Notes: generated from the sequence alone by a model not told the origin. A DNA stretch of 63,693 nucleotides, filler included, from Octopus bimaculoides (GCF_001194135.2; 5 parts of 5 records of this genome joined end to end with filler, not necessarily neighbours in it); one strand, 5' to 3'; shown: positions 13,371-26,264, counted from the whole stretch's first letter. Made by a program: numbers and translations.

Positions 13371-13702
13371 TACTAGCAGAGATACCCGGCGTTGCCCGTG
13401 TTACATGCAATTGAAAAATGAGACTTTTCTGTTATATTTTCTGTAAGGAACTGGAATACATATGATTCGAATTTCATCAAAATTGCACATGAGGGTTCTT
13501 TCCCTCTTTACACACCCTAAAAAAATTCTAATCATGAGACATGTATCCCATACTATTGATCTTTATGCGCATATTCCAAAATTTCAGTCTTCTGGAACCT
13601 GTAAAAAAGATTTTGCTCCTGCAAAATGGAGCTCATGGAGCTCTAAAATGTGGGAATGAAGGCCCCTATTGGGGGTGTGGGTGTTAATGTCAACCAGAGA
13701 AG
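13371..13702 (+). mobile_element. Helentron/HINE-like non-autonomous rolling-circle element
   Basis: Starts tACTAGcagagatACCCGGCGTTGCCCG, typical of Helitron2/HINE subterminal repeats, and contains an attccaaaatttcag core. Cut by the spacer. Confidence 0.55.
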
Positions 13703-13802
13703 NNNNNNNNNNNNNNNNNNNNNNNNNNNNNNNNNNNNNNNNNNNNTTAATTAATTAANNNNNNNNNNNNNNNNNNNNNNNNNNNNNNNNNNNNNNNNNN
13801 NN
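13703..13802. other. Artificial scaffold spacer (44 N + TTAATTAATTAA + 44 N)
   Basis: Exactly 100 bp; the palindromic 12-mer has a stop codon in all six frames. Confidence 0.95.
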
Positions 13803-13858
<56 letters not shown>

Positions 13859-14253
13859 GCATATAAATATATGCATACACAGGCATAAATATATACATAC
13901 ATAAATATATATGCATACATATATATATACATACATAAATATATATGCATACATATATATATACATACATATAAATATACATACATATAAATATATATAT
14001 ATATATACATATAAATATACATATATATATACATATAAATATACATATATATATATACATACATATAAATATATATATATATATACATACATATAAATAT
14101 ATATATATACATACATATAAATATATATATACATATATATATACACATACATACATACATATATGTGTACGCTTTTAATAGGCGCCTCTCTTTAAATATG
14201 CATTTGTGCACTTTTATATGCTTTTATATATCTCCATGTGTGTGAATATATGC

Positions 14254-14286
<33 letters not shown>

Positions 14287-14433
14287 TGTGTGCACGTATG
14301 TATATATTTTTGTGCGTTTTTGTGTGTGTATACATGTGACCTGTATTATTACATATGTATATGTCTATGCAAACAGACAGATGTCTGTGTTTGCTATGCA
14401 CTGATTATGGAAAATAATATAGGTCTCCTTTGA

Positions 14434-14469
<36 letters not shown>

Positions 14470-15034
14470 CAGTGTCTATGCATGTGTTTGAATCCCAGGC
14501 AGGCATGTCATGATCACTGCGATCGATTAGGCTGAGTGGTAATTTGTGAAAGGCAGAGAGAGAGAGAGAGAGACTGTTCGATAGATAGATAGATAGAAAG
14601 ATAGATAGATAGACAGACAGACAAGAGGAAGGTGTGGGTTTTGGGTGAAAGGCAGAGTCGATTGAATGAGAGATGGGTGAGGAAGTGGTGAATAAAAATG
14701 GTACATTTGGTGGGGGTGGGGAGAACGTCAAAAGACGACAACACAAAGACAAACACTTTGAGATAAAGTCAGATATAGATTTAAATAGACGAAGAGAGAA
14801 AGAAGGAAATGAGAAAGAGTGGGGGGGGGTCATGGGTGGTGGGGTGAGTAAAAATGGCAGATGTGATAGGAAACATGAAAAGGCAACAAGACACACGCGC
14901 ACACGCACCGAAAGGCCATAAAAGGAAGAGAAACTGGAGTGGAAGAGTTTAAAATCCTTGTAACGTTTTCTTCATAAGTTTCCACACCAGCACATTCCAC
15001 CATTCCACCAATGTAATGAGTATTCAGTAACGGT

Positions 15035-15700
15035 GGTGGTGGTGGTGGTAAGAAGAAATGAAGAGAGAGAGGAGGCGAAGAAGAGGAAAAAGAACGAAAG
15101 AAAAAGAGAAGACAAAGATGATGAATAAAGAAAGAAGAAAAGTAGAAGGCAAAGAAAAAGATGAAGAAAGAAAGAAAGGGGAAGGCGAAAATGAGGAAGA
15201 AAAATAAGAAAAGAAGAAAAAGAGGGGAAGGCAAAGAAGATGAGAGAAACAAGAAAGAAAGAAAATAAAGGGGAAGGTGAAAAAGAGAAAGATAAAGTAG
15301 AGAAAAAGAGGAGGCGGAGAAGATGAGAAAGAAAGAAAAAGAAAGAAGGAAAGGCAAAGAAGATGAAGAAAAAGAAAGAAAAGGGGAAGGCACAGAAGAT
15401 GAAGAAAAAGGAAAGAAAGAAAGAAAAAGAAAGAAAAGGGGAAGGCAAAGAAGATTAAGAAAAAGAAAAGAAAGGCGAAAAAGAAGAAGAAGAAGAATGA
15501 ATGAATGAATGAAATATTTCATAAAACGAAGAAGTCGACAACAACGAAATCGAAAAAGACGAACAAGAGAAAGAAATCGTAGAAGAGGCCGACGAAGGAG
15601 AATGAAGAGAAGACGATGATGAAGGAGGATGAGGAACAGAAGGAGACGAAGGAAAGGAATGAAGAAGGCCAAGAATACGAAGATGATGATGATTAATAGC
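15035..15700. repeat. Purine-rich (GAA/AAG) low-complexity tract
   Basis: Seen directly; explains the L/F/S-rich and K/E/R-rich pseudo-ORFs. Confidence 0.95.
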
Positions 15701-16118
15701 ATTGGTAACATCACAAGTAGTAGTCGTAGTAGTTTATCGATAAAAAAAAATACATTAGCAAAAAAAAAAGAGTAAAAAAGATTACCAGATAAAACACACA
15801 AATTGAACAAAATAAAATAAAATGTAGAGAAAATCAAATTAAATGACAACACCTTGCCTATGATTGGTTTGAAATGTATCGATCTGTAGAGCTGAGTTTA
15901 TGTTTCAAAGGTTATTGATCTTTAGAGATCAGTATTTTCGTCATATTTCGAGTTGAATGAAAAAGATTTCAACTTAAATGTTTACATAAGAAAACATAAT
16001 AGACGCATACAAAATATATACAACACACATTATATAGACAAAATGAAAGGGATATATATACATGTGTGTATACAGATATTTATATATATATATATGTGTG
16101 TATATATATATGTGTGTA

Positions 16119-16151
<33 letters not shown>

Positions 16152-16823
16152 GTGTGTGTGTGTATGTACGNNNNNNNNNNNNNNNNNNNNNNNNNNNNNN
16201 NNNNNNNNNNNNNNNNNNNNNNNNNNNNNNNNNNNNNNNNNNNNNNNNNNNNNNNNNNNNNNNNNNNNNNNNNNNNNNNNNNNNNNNNNNNNNNNNNNNN
16301 NNNNNNNNNNNNNNNNNNNNNNNNNNNNNNNNNNNNNNNNNNNNNNNNNNNNNNNNNNNNNNNNNNNNNNNNNNNNNNNNNNNNNNNNNNNNNNNNNNNN
16401 NNNNNNNNNNNNNNNNNNNNNNNNNNNNNNNNNNNNNNNNNNNNNNNNNNNNNNNNNNNNNNNNNNNNNNNNNNNNNNNNNNNNNNNNNNNNNNNNNNNN
16501 NNNNNNNNNNNNNNNNNNNNNNNNNNNNNNNNNNNNNNNNNNNNNNNNNNNNNNNNNNNNNNNNNNNNNNNNNNNNNNNNNNNNNNNNNNNNNNNNNNNN
16601 NNNNNNNNNNNNNNNNNNNNNNNNNNNNNNNNNNNNNNNNNNNNNNNNNNNNNNNNNNNNNNNNNNNNNNNNNNNNNNNNNNNNNNNNNNNNNNNNNNNN
16701 NNNNNNNNNNNNNNNNNNNNNNNNNNNNNNNNNNNNNNNNNNNNNNNNNNNNNNNNNNNNNNNNNNNNNNNNNNNNNNNNNNNNNNNNNNNNNNNNNNNN
16801 NNNNNNNNNNNNNNNNNNNNNNN

Positions 16824-16861
<38 letters not shown>

Positions 16862-17049
16862 GTATATATATATATATATATAAACATTTCATCTTAGATT
16901 TTTCTGCGATCACGTCTACCCGTGACGCGTGGTACACAGTGCGCCTGTTCAAACAACGTCGATTTGATGGAGGGAATGAGCTAATACACAGCACAAACAT
17001 TTGATCACTAGAAACAAATCACTTGTGCCGGTTCTTCAGCAAAAACATA

Positions 17050-17375
17050 TCATTCATACGTCGTCTTGGACGGGAGATTCCAGCAGACGTGTTGTAGGAA
17101 AAAAGTAAAGATATATTTGGAACAGCGGTCAAAAATATCTTCAGAAACAGTTTATTTCTTCTCTGATGCCAAGAGACCGTTTCTATTGCTGACCAGTGCT
17201 GTTGGCGTATATGTAACTTCCTAATCGCAACAAAGATGCTATAGCTAAAAGCAATAGGAATCTATGAATAGTTTCCAAGTGCAAACCAGCAAGGAATGAA
17301 CTGAGAGGAATTTGGCTGCTCTTTCAAGCAGGTCAAGGGACTTCGTAATGTGATTGTTACGGTTTTTGTAAATAA
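17050..17375 (+). mobile_element. Highly degraded Gypsy-type RT-RNase H remnant
   Basis: Across frames: KK*RYIWNSGQK, DAKRPFLLLTSAVG (cf. PDFxRPFxLxTDASxxG) and TERNLAAL (cf. TERELLA). Confidence 0.5.
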
Positions 17376-17384
17376 ATTTCCCAT

Positions 17385-17692
17385 AGGTGCAGGCCAAGCT
17401 GTGTGGTAAAAAGCTTGCTTCCCAACCGTATGGTTCCACGTTCAGTCCCACTGCGTGGAACCTTCGGCAAGTGTCTTCAACTATAGTCTCATGCCGACTA
17501 AAGCCTTTTGAGTGGAATTCATAGACGGAAAATGAAAGAAGCCCGTCCTTTATATGTATATATATGTGAGTGTGTGTGTGTGTGTGTGTACCTATGAGTG
17601 TGCGTTTGTCTCATCACTTGGAAACCGATGTTGGTGTGTTTCCGTTCCCGTGATCTAGCGGTTCGGTAAAAGAGACCGATAAATACTAGACT
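17385..17692 (+). mobile_element. SINE family E with an internal (TA)/(TG) microsatellite
   Basis: gctgtgtggtaa...ttcagtcccactgcgtgg...gaaagaagcccgtc + microsatellite + ggtgtgtt...gcggttcgg. Confidence 0.85.
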
Positions 17693-18112
17693 TTAAAAAT
17701 GTGTGTGTGTGTATATAGGGGTGAGGTGGAGGTGCTATGCCAACTTTGTGCTTGTCTCTCTCTCTCTCTCCGCCAAGTTCTGCAAATGTTTGAATAATAC
17801 AAAAAAATCAATAGTCTAAAAGACAATTGCCCCAGTATGGCCGCAGTCTAGTGACTGACAGAATAAAGGATATTATAAGCACGGAAATGCAAGTACCTAC
17901 TCCCGCATCCATATACATATATAGAGGCACGCGCACGCACGCACACACATTTCCGTACATGTTCTCACAGTGCCACAACCCCCCACCCCCGCTACGTGTG
18001 TCAAGATCACAATGTGCTAACCTGGCAGATACATAGGAGAATTCGATGGTTAAAAGGTCACGGAAACGCAACAGATGGTAACGTGACCTTTGTGTCAGCA
18101 CGTGAATAATGA

Positions 18113-18178
18113 CTAATTAACGAGGTTCATCACTGATCGCTTGGACCGGTGGTAAAGGGCGTGGGGATGGAGGAGGCG
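18113..18178 (-). CDS. Candidate terminal exon downstream of the FAS1 exons
   Basis: Very long polypyrimidine acceptor ...ctctttctttatcgctgtttcag|. Phase 0 gives RLLHPHALYHRSKRSVMNLVN*; phase 1 gives xPPPSPRPLPPVQAISDEPR*. Confidence 0.35.
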   Translation of the reverse strand, partial: RLLHPHALYHRSKRSVMNLVN

Positions 18179-18763
18179 CTGAAACAGCGATAAAGAAAGA
18201 GAAGACAGAGGAAGAAAAGGGTAAAAACTACATTAAATCTATTCCTCTCTTTCTGCCTCTATTTTTCTCTCATAGCTCTATATCTCACCCCCCCCCCCCC
18301 TCATAATTGAACATATATATGTCGGATAATATCCGTTCTTCTTTATATAAATATCGATCAATTTTGGAATTTATTAAGCACATTGTCTCTCTTCCTCTCT
18401 CTATTTCTCGCTCTTTTTCTTCTGTTACTCTTCCACACCGTTCGTACAGAAATTATACACGAATATATATACATATATGTATATGTATCTATGTACATAT
18501 GTGTGTATTTATAAAGAAAATTATTGATGATGAATCCTCAAAGGGATGAAAGGGTTAATTAAATAGGTTTGAACCGAATCCTGACTACCCCCTTTTCCTT
18601 AATATATAAAATCTACACACCACTTCAAACAAGCTGTACATCTATATATAATATTAGTTACTAGATATAGAATCATGCATTACAACTGTTAGTTTCACTA
18701 CAATATGGCCTTTCAAAGTCGTGTGCAATATAGTTAACCGATCCACACTAGACCATACCTTAC

Positions 18764-18802
18764 ATCTTGCGAAGGACAATAATCAACATCATAGGCAAAA
18801 GT
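18764..18802 (-). CDS. Candidate 39-nt FAS1 gene exon
   Basis: Acceptor gtgcgtgtttcag| and donor |gtaagg. Phase 0-0 gives TFAYDVDYCPSQD, in frame with the 19212 exon. No motif support. Confidence 0.55.
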
Positions 18803-19211
18803 CTGAAACACGCACAGACAAAGATTCCTTGAAAGGAAAAATGTTGAAGAACATAATCCGCCACAGTAATTAGTTTAACTTGAAACCCAAACCATGTTCT
18901 TCATATTAGAGGATGTTAGCTTTTCATCTCTCACTCTCTCTCTTTCAGTCCCTCTTTATGTGTGCACGCACACACATACATATAAACGAACGCACATATG
19001 TAATACATATAAGCCTGCGGGTGATATTGAGAGATCGATAATTGCTCCCAGGTCAACATGACCTCCAACTCGTACCCACATTCTACAGAATTTGAGCGGT
19101 TTTCAATGGAATTATCTCCCAACAGAATACGAACACAATAGCACGTGACATGAAGAATTAGTTGAACCCCAATTAGTGGGTAAATATATAAATAATGGCG
19201 AGACTACTTAC

Positions 19212-19312
19212 GTCTGTCATGGCTTCGTAATTGTTGAAATACACTTTGGTTCCCGCTTTTGATATCGCGAAATTGTTTGTACGTATTCGCCATTTTGTGA
19301 TAATCCCGTTCA
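19212..19312 (-). CDS. FAS1 gene exon following the YH motif
   Basis: Acceptor cattcttgtttttccag| and donor |gtaagtag; 101 nt, phase 1 to 0. Splices in frame to the 29709 exon, giving NYHI-V-NGIITKWRIRTNNFAISKAGTKVYFNNYEAMTD, which fits the FAS1 pattern YHIVxG...TLAGTxVxFN. Confidence 0.8.
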
Positions 19313-19812
19313 CTGGAAAAACAAGAATGTGAAAGATTAAAGTTAATAACATGTTGTGCTGATCGTTGTTGTTGGTGTTGGTGTTTTTGTTGCTTGGCTA
19401 CGAGACACAGATGAATGGATTGTATTATACTTTCCAAGTAGGGATTTACGCGTTCTCGTTTCTATTGTAAGGGTTTGCGGCACTTTGGCCAAGTGAACTC
19501 TACTATAGCCACGAGTTTATCAATCCTTTGCTAGAGAAATTTGGTTGACGAGTCCTTTGCACAAAAGCATCTCACACAGATATACACACGCGCGTTCACG
19601 CATTAATTACACTTTCATAAGACTGGTGACAGTAACTTTGAAGTTTCGATATATTAACCTTCGTTGAACATCAGCAGGGCGAAACTTCGAAGTTATTGTC
19701 ACTTCTCGTCTTTTATAAATGTATGTGTTCTGCAAATAAAAGTGAGCAATTCTTCAGTTCTACGTTAAATTATTTTCCTTTTAACTTGACAGAGACAAAC
19801 ATTATTGTAACT

Positions 19813-20030
19813 GAAAAGGCGACGAACTGTCAGAAGCCGGGCGAAATAACACGCCGGGCGAAATGCTTCGCGGTATTTCGTCTGTCTTTAAGTTCAAAGT
19901 TCAAATCCCGCCGAGGTCGATTTTGTCTTTCATTTTTTCGGGGTCGATAAAATAAGTACCAGTTGAGAAGAAGGATCGATGAAATTGACTAGCACCCTCC
20001 CCAAGAATTTCACTTGTACCCATTGTAGAA
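19813..20030 (+). mobile_element. SINE family B, CpGs retained
   Basis: ggcgacgaactg...cgccgaggtcgat...cggggtcgataaaataagtacc. Confidence 0.85.
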
Positions 20031-20053
20031 TATATATACAAATATAAAACTGG

Positions 20054-20345
20054 TATTCCGTCGGTTACGACGACGTATGTCTCAGTTGATTCGACGAAGA
20101 GAAGAACCTACTCGTAAAATTAAAGTGCAAGTGGCTGAGTACTCCACAGACCCGCGTACATTTAACGTAGTTCTCAGGGAAATTCAACGTCACACAGAAT
20201 GTAACAGGGCTGGCCCCTTTAAAATACATTTTTACTGGCTGAGTGAACTGGAGCAATGCGAAATAAAGTGTCTTGCCTAAGGACACAACGCATCGCCGGG
20301 AATCGGACTCACGACCTTACGATCATCAGCCGTATACGCTAACCA
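20054..20345 (-). mobile_element. SINE with a family-D-like head and a family-C 3' region
   Basis: aaataaagtgtcttgc..aggacacaac (D-like) joined to gtggctgagtactccacagac...gtagttctcaggga (C-like). Confidence 0.8.
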
Positions 20346-20349
20346 CGCC

Positions 20350-20386
<37 letters not shown>

Positions 20387-20414
20387 GCCTTCACGCACAC
20401 ACACACACGTGTGT

Positions 20415-20710
20415 GGGCACCTAGGTGTGCCTTAGTGGTTAAAGTATTCTGCTCACAATCGTCAGCTCGTGGGTTCGATGCCTGGTGTGGGAAGCCTTTC
20501 GTGTCTTTGCCTTGAGCAAGGTATTCATCCTATGCGGCTCCATTGTAATCACCTGTAAACGAGCACCACCGGGGAGCTAGCGCCGCCCTGTCTCACACCA
20601 CCTCCAACAGTTCTCCTACTCTCCATGTCCACCATGGTCAAGAGACTTAGGGCCTTGAGAATATCTATGCTTGCTTCCGACTACATGGGAACCTCAAACA
20701 ATGAATAAAT
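20415..20710 (+). mobile_element. Additional tRNA-derived SINE (single copy here)
   Basis: gccttagtggttaaag...gggttcgatgcc (A/B box-like), then ccttgagcaagg and cacctgtaaacgag. Confidence 0.6.
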
Positions 20711-22181
20711 ATGTTTCTCTTTGTGTGCGTGCGCTCTAAGTATCTTTGTGCGCGCGCACAAAGTCTCTTCACAGAAGCAAAGAACGATTTACTCTCTGGT
20801 GGATGACTCTTTATTTACACATTCAGAGTGAATCATTTGACCTTTTATGATTTAAATTTTCTTCTATTAATGGACGGCGACAATCCTTATTGACGGAATT
20901 CAGTGGAAGATGAAAACAGTTTCTGATCTTCCCAACCTTTTGCAATAACATCATTATAGTAAAATGTGCTACAAATACAACTTTAATTTCAATCAACGCG
21001 TACACACACAACACACAGAAGTGCGTGAGCGTGGAGACACACACCTATATATATATATATATATAGCGTAAATTAACAGGGTAATGCCGTCGATAGGAGA
21101 GGTTAGAAAAGTAAAGGAGATGGAGGGTGAAATGAAATAAATTAAGATTAAATAAAACAATATAAAATACAATATAAACTAAAAAAATAATAGTAGTTTT
21201 ATTGTATTATCTTGTTTTATTTTAAACCCTCCTCTTTTACTTCTCTCACCTCTCCTACTCTTATTTTCTATACTCCAACTATATTGCCTGAAATACACCA
21301 ACGCAGTTATATNNNNNNNNNNNNNNNNNNNNNNNNNNNNNNNNNNNNNNNNNNNNNNNNNNNNNNNNNNNNNNNNNNNNNNNNNNNNNNNNNNNNNNNN
21401 NNNNNNNNNNNNNNNNNNNNNNNNNNNNNNNNNNNNNNNNNNNNNNNNNNNNNNNNNNNNNNNNNNNNNNNNNNNNNNNNNNNNNNNNNNNNNNNNNNNN
21501 NNNNNNNNNNNNNNNNNNNNNNNNNNNNNNNNNNNNNNNNNNNNNNNNNNNNNNNNNNNNNATATATATATATATATATACGGGACCGAATTTTAAAACG
21601 GAGCTAAATAAACCCAATATTGGAGCGGATTATGTGGAAGATACCATTAGGCCGACTACGCAGACTGTAATCTCGAGATGAAACGATCGAATGGCGTAAA
21701 ATCGGATGAAAAGAATTTTTATGAAAAAAAATTTCATAAGATGTAAGGAATTATAGAACAGATTTTTAAAAAAGGGGGTATGTACAAATAATATACAAAA
21801 TGTAAAATGCCAAAACACAGCCTGCATTTATTAGAACCATTTATGTATGGTGGAGATTATTCTATAATCTTCCATTGAATTGTGTATGGCATTTTCTTAC
21901 GTTTCAGTTCCCAAATTCGGGTTCAGTGTTTAAACTGCTTAAGTCCGATGGTATGGCTGCTGCCTAAAGAACGTACATGGGTTCGATGTGCGTGAAACAT
22001 TTAGTAGCGTGGGCTATACATGTGAGGTGGTCATGCAAAACAATATTTACTCTCGTTAGATGGAATACTCTTTTTTGTTGAACCTAGACACACGGACCAA
22101 TTTATATATTCTCTCTCAGTTTATTTCTTCGTGTTCCTTTATACAACTATCTTCGTCTTTTGTTTTTTCAGTAAATTTCAG

Positions 22182-22220
<39 letters not shown>

Positions 22221-23094
22221 NNNNNNNNNNNNNNNNNNNNNNNNNNNNNNNNNNNNNNNNNNNNNNNNNNNNNNNNNNNNNNNNNNNNNNNNNNNNNNNN
22301 NNNNNNNNNNNNNNNNNNNNNNNNNNNNNNNNNNNNNNNNNNNNNNNNNNNNNNNNNNNNNNNNNNNNNNNNNNNNNNNNNNNNNNNNNNNNNNNNNNNN
22401 NNNNNNNNNNNNNNNNNNNNNNNNNNNNNNNNNNNNNNNNNNNNNNNNNNNNNNNNNNNNNNNNNNNNNNNNNNNNNNNNNNNNNNNNNNNNNNNNNNNN
22501 NNNNNNNNNNNNNNNNNNNNNNNNNNNNNNNNNNNNNNNNNNNNNNNNNNNNNNNNNNNNNNNNNNNNNNNNNNNNNNNNNNNNNNNNNNNNNNNNNNNN
22601 NNNNNNNNNNNNNNNNNNNNNNNNNNNNNNNNNNNNNNNNNNNNNNNNNNNNNNNNNNNNNNNNNNNNNNNNNNNNNNNNNNNNNNNNNNNNNNNNNNNN
22701 NNNNNNNNNNNNNNNNNNNNNNNNNNNNNNNNNNNNNNNNNNNNNNNNNNNNNNNNNNNNNNNNNNNNNNNNNNNNNNNNNNNNNNNNNNNNNNNNNNNN
22801 NNNNNNNNNNNNNNNNNNNNNNNNNNNNNNNNNNNNNNNNNNNNNNNNNNNNNNNNNNNNNNNNNNNNNNNNNNNNNNNNNNNNNNNNNNNNNNNNNNNN
22901 NNNNNNNNNNNNNNNNNNNNNNNNNNNNNNNNNNNNNNNNNNNNNNNNNNNNNNNNNNNNNNNNNNNNNNNNNNNNNNNNNNNNNNNNNNNNNNNNNNNN
23001 NNNNNNNNNNNNNNNNNNNNNNNNNNNNNNNNNNNNNNNNNNNNNNNNNNNNNNNNNNNNNNNNNNNNNNNNNNNNNNNNNNNNNNNNNNNNNN

Positions 23095-23310
23095 CAAACA
23101 CAGACACGCAAACATATACACATACATACATATATATATACATATATACGACGGGCTTCTTTCAGTTTCCGTCTACCAAATCCACTCACTAGGCTTTGGT
23201 CGGTCCGAGGCTGAAGAAGAAGACACTTGCTGAAGGCGTCACACATTGGGACTGAACCCTGAACCATGTGGCTGGGAAGCAAACTACATACCACGCAGCC
23301 ACTCCTACGC
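23095..23310 (-). mobile_element. SINE family E 5' half, next to a gap
   Basis: cgacgggcttctttcagtttccgtctaccaaatccactcac. Confidence 0.85.
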
Positions 23311-23498
23311 CTATATGTATATTCATGAACCTTGCTGGAGTTAATTTTATAAAACATAATTAGGAAATAGTATACGTGATAGGAGCAGAGTAAAAATTGC
23401 ATAAAACACGCCCTCCCACACGCACACAAAGCATCCAAAATGTTATATATACGTACATACTTATACACATAAATGGGTATATAGGTATACATAAATGC

Positions 23499-23580
<82 letters not shown>

Positions 23581-24070
23581 TACTATAAACATATATATGT
23601 GTGAGCATAATAAACGCTCTCACACACACATACACTCGCTTCCAATGTTTTCCGTATCTTTCATCAAAGAGCACTAATTGAATATAAGAAGGGGTATAAT
23701 TGACAAGATCACGTTCGTACACATTTATACGCACATCAGTAAGATCAGTGCAGCTGTTATCTTGTACATTGGCAGGCATACATACATACATACATACATA
23801 CATAAAGATACACACAAATGAGCTTTAAAAGATACGTACATATATATATACATACATACATACCTACATACATATAAGCACATGTAATATGCTGCTATGT
23901 GTGTAGAGAGACAAAGTGTGAGTTAATTGCAAAAATAAAAATTCAGAGCTGTAAGGAACTCAATACGAGATATGGAGTAGATAATAAAAATTAGATGAAA
24001 TTGTATTTCTATAAATTACGACTATCAGTTAAATTCTGTTTCTGATTTCCAGGCCCGTCGTATCTATCTA

Positions 24071-24109
<39 letters not shown>

Positions 24110-25379
24110 NNNNNNNNNNNNNNNNNNNNNNNNNNNNNNNNNNNNNNNNNNNNNNNNNNNNNNNNNNNNNNNNNNNNNNNNNNNNNNNNNNNNNNNNNNN
24201 NNNNNNNNNNNNNNNNNNNNNNNNNNNNNNNNNNNNNNNNNNNNNNNNNNNNNNNNNNNNNNNNNNNNNNNNNNNNNNNNNNNNNNNNNNNNNNNNNNNN
24301 NNNNNNNNNNNNNNNNNNNNNNNNNNNNNNNNNNNNNNNCTGGGGTCGATTGGCTCGATTAAAAGCGGTGCTCCAGGATGGCCGCAGTAAAATGACAAAC
24401 GAATAAAAGAATAAAGAATAACCGTACCGTTTCCTAATAGAACGCGAAAACTAAAGGCGGAGACTCTTTCTTCAAACAAGAAAATAAAAGTCTGTATATA
24501 CCATCTTGACATTTAAATGTGGTTTGGAAAATTGTGAGGAACTAATAAAAAAAAAATCATTTAAAAATCAATATTAAATGTTCGAGAATATATCATAAGA
24601 AGATTATGCCTTTCTACTCGAAATGCTAGAAATAGCAACTAAATCTCCTTCAAATCATATCCTACTGTCTGAAAAAGGGAAGTACACACCCGAAAGCATA
24701 GTCCTCAATATACAAAGTGTCGGGATTATTATGGTATTACTATGTTTATTTTTATACAAAACCCACTCACCCAAGCACATAAGAACGTGCGTGCAGGCGC
24801 ATGTTATTGTGTGTGTATCTATGTGATTCGGGGTTGTTTAACGTAGCTGTATTGCATTATATCCAACAGACGCAAAGCTAACGTTGCCAATTAACCCCTG
24901 CCTGATCCTTGTTATAGTGTGGCTAATGTTATCAAACATGGACACACAATGTAGCCGAATGGTTAATAAAGTCGATTTCCGTTTGAAAAGTCTTGATTTG
25001 ATCTCAGCGCCTGGCGTTCTGGTCAAGGGCTATTTATACTAATCCCTAGGTCGGCCCAAAAGTCGTAAGTAAAACTAGACCATAAACTGCGTAAGAGCAT
25101 GTTCATTGAATTCGACCTTTTATTTAAAGGTGAGTCTTGTCACGCACTCCTTACTCTATATTGGAAACATTCTGACTTAGATATACGTTAAGGGATACAA
25201 GTGTCTACAGGGTACATAAAGTGACATCGCTGAATCACTCAATCGACCAGGCTGTCGTATGTTATACATCGCTTGTCACGATGAGTTCCCAATTCCCAAT
25301 TGATAGCGTCCTTTTTTCCTATCTTGGGTAACATCGTTTATCTAAATTATCTTCTTATCATTAAAGAGACCTCCTGAGT

Positions 25380-25640
25380 GGCCTTTTCTGTCCTCTTGGA
25401 TTTCTGTTGCCAACAGCTCAGGTCCAGCTGCTGTCTGTGGAACCTTGCGATGTGTCTGGCAGAGCAAAACTTGTACTTTCGGCATTCTGCGATCACACTC
25501 TTCACTCCATTCGCACTCGAATTACCTCTTTCGGATAAGCTCTCGCAACGGTGGTCTTTCTTTGGCGCTTTGCATTTTAGCTAATCGTTGTCCTTCTTTC
25601 ATAAGCGACATAATAATTCAAAAAGGACTGACAATAGCTC
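25380..25640 (-). mobile_element. Possible degraded RTE 3' end
   Basis: AKERPPLRELIRKR resembles the RTE C-terminal AxDRxxWRxLIRxG motif. Weak. Confidence 0.3.
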
Positions 25641-25810
25641 AAAAGCATCGTCTTTGTCACACACTGTGTTACGATGATTCTGTCTGAGAAACTCGTTCAG
25701 GGGACAAATATCTGTGAAATACATCGCCATTTCCACGGAACTTTAACGAGAAGGTAGTTTGGTTGGGCGTACAGTTAAATGCGCATCGTTGACACTGACG
25801 AAAGAGGCAT

Positions 25811-25863
<53 letters not shown>

Positions 25864-26108
25864 TGGATTTCTCTCCCTCTCTGTGAACGAATTATGTCCT
25901 CTTTTATGGAGATTTATGACCAAATGATCTAACCTAAAGATTTGCCGCATAATTTCAATTTTATGTCCTTCGTATTATGTAATCCACCGTTCCACCCACC
26001 TCCTCATTGCTGGCCATACTCCATCGTTTTGTAGTTTGTCTTGTAATGAATATCTCCTCTATCAGTCGCATTACAGCATCCCAACAGAAAAATCCATAAC
26101 AATAATAA

Positions 26109-26142
<34 letters not shown>

Positions 26143-26264
26143 AATTTCGTCATCAATATTAAAATTACATCTACCATACTAACCATGAAAAAGTTCATGT
26201 AATTAAATGTGATAAGACACACACACACACACACAATATAATATTATATATATATATATATATA

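Noticed and set aside
19450-19530. Possible minus-strand exon
   Set aside because: It has stops in all frames and is a decayed SINE family E fragment.
21901-21963. Exon-like block with good minus-strand splice sites
   Set aside because: It has stops in all three frames and partly resembles a SINE remnant.
24770-24817. GPS-like motif THTITCACTHVLM of an adhesion GPCR
   Set aside because: It derives partly from a CA repeat, lacks HLTxFA and the upstream W/C, has a stop just upstream, and has no 7TM exons nearby.
26004-26111. Signal-peptide-like MLLLLWIFLLGCCNA...
   Set aside because: The hydrophobic run comes from a (TAT/TGT) microsatellite, and the frame stops 20 codons later with no phase-compatible donor.
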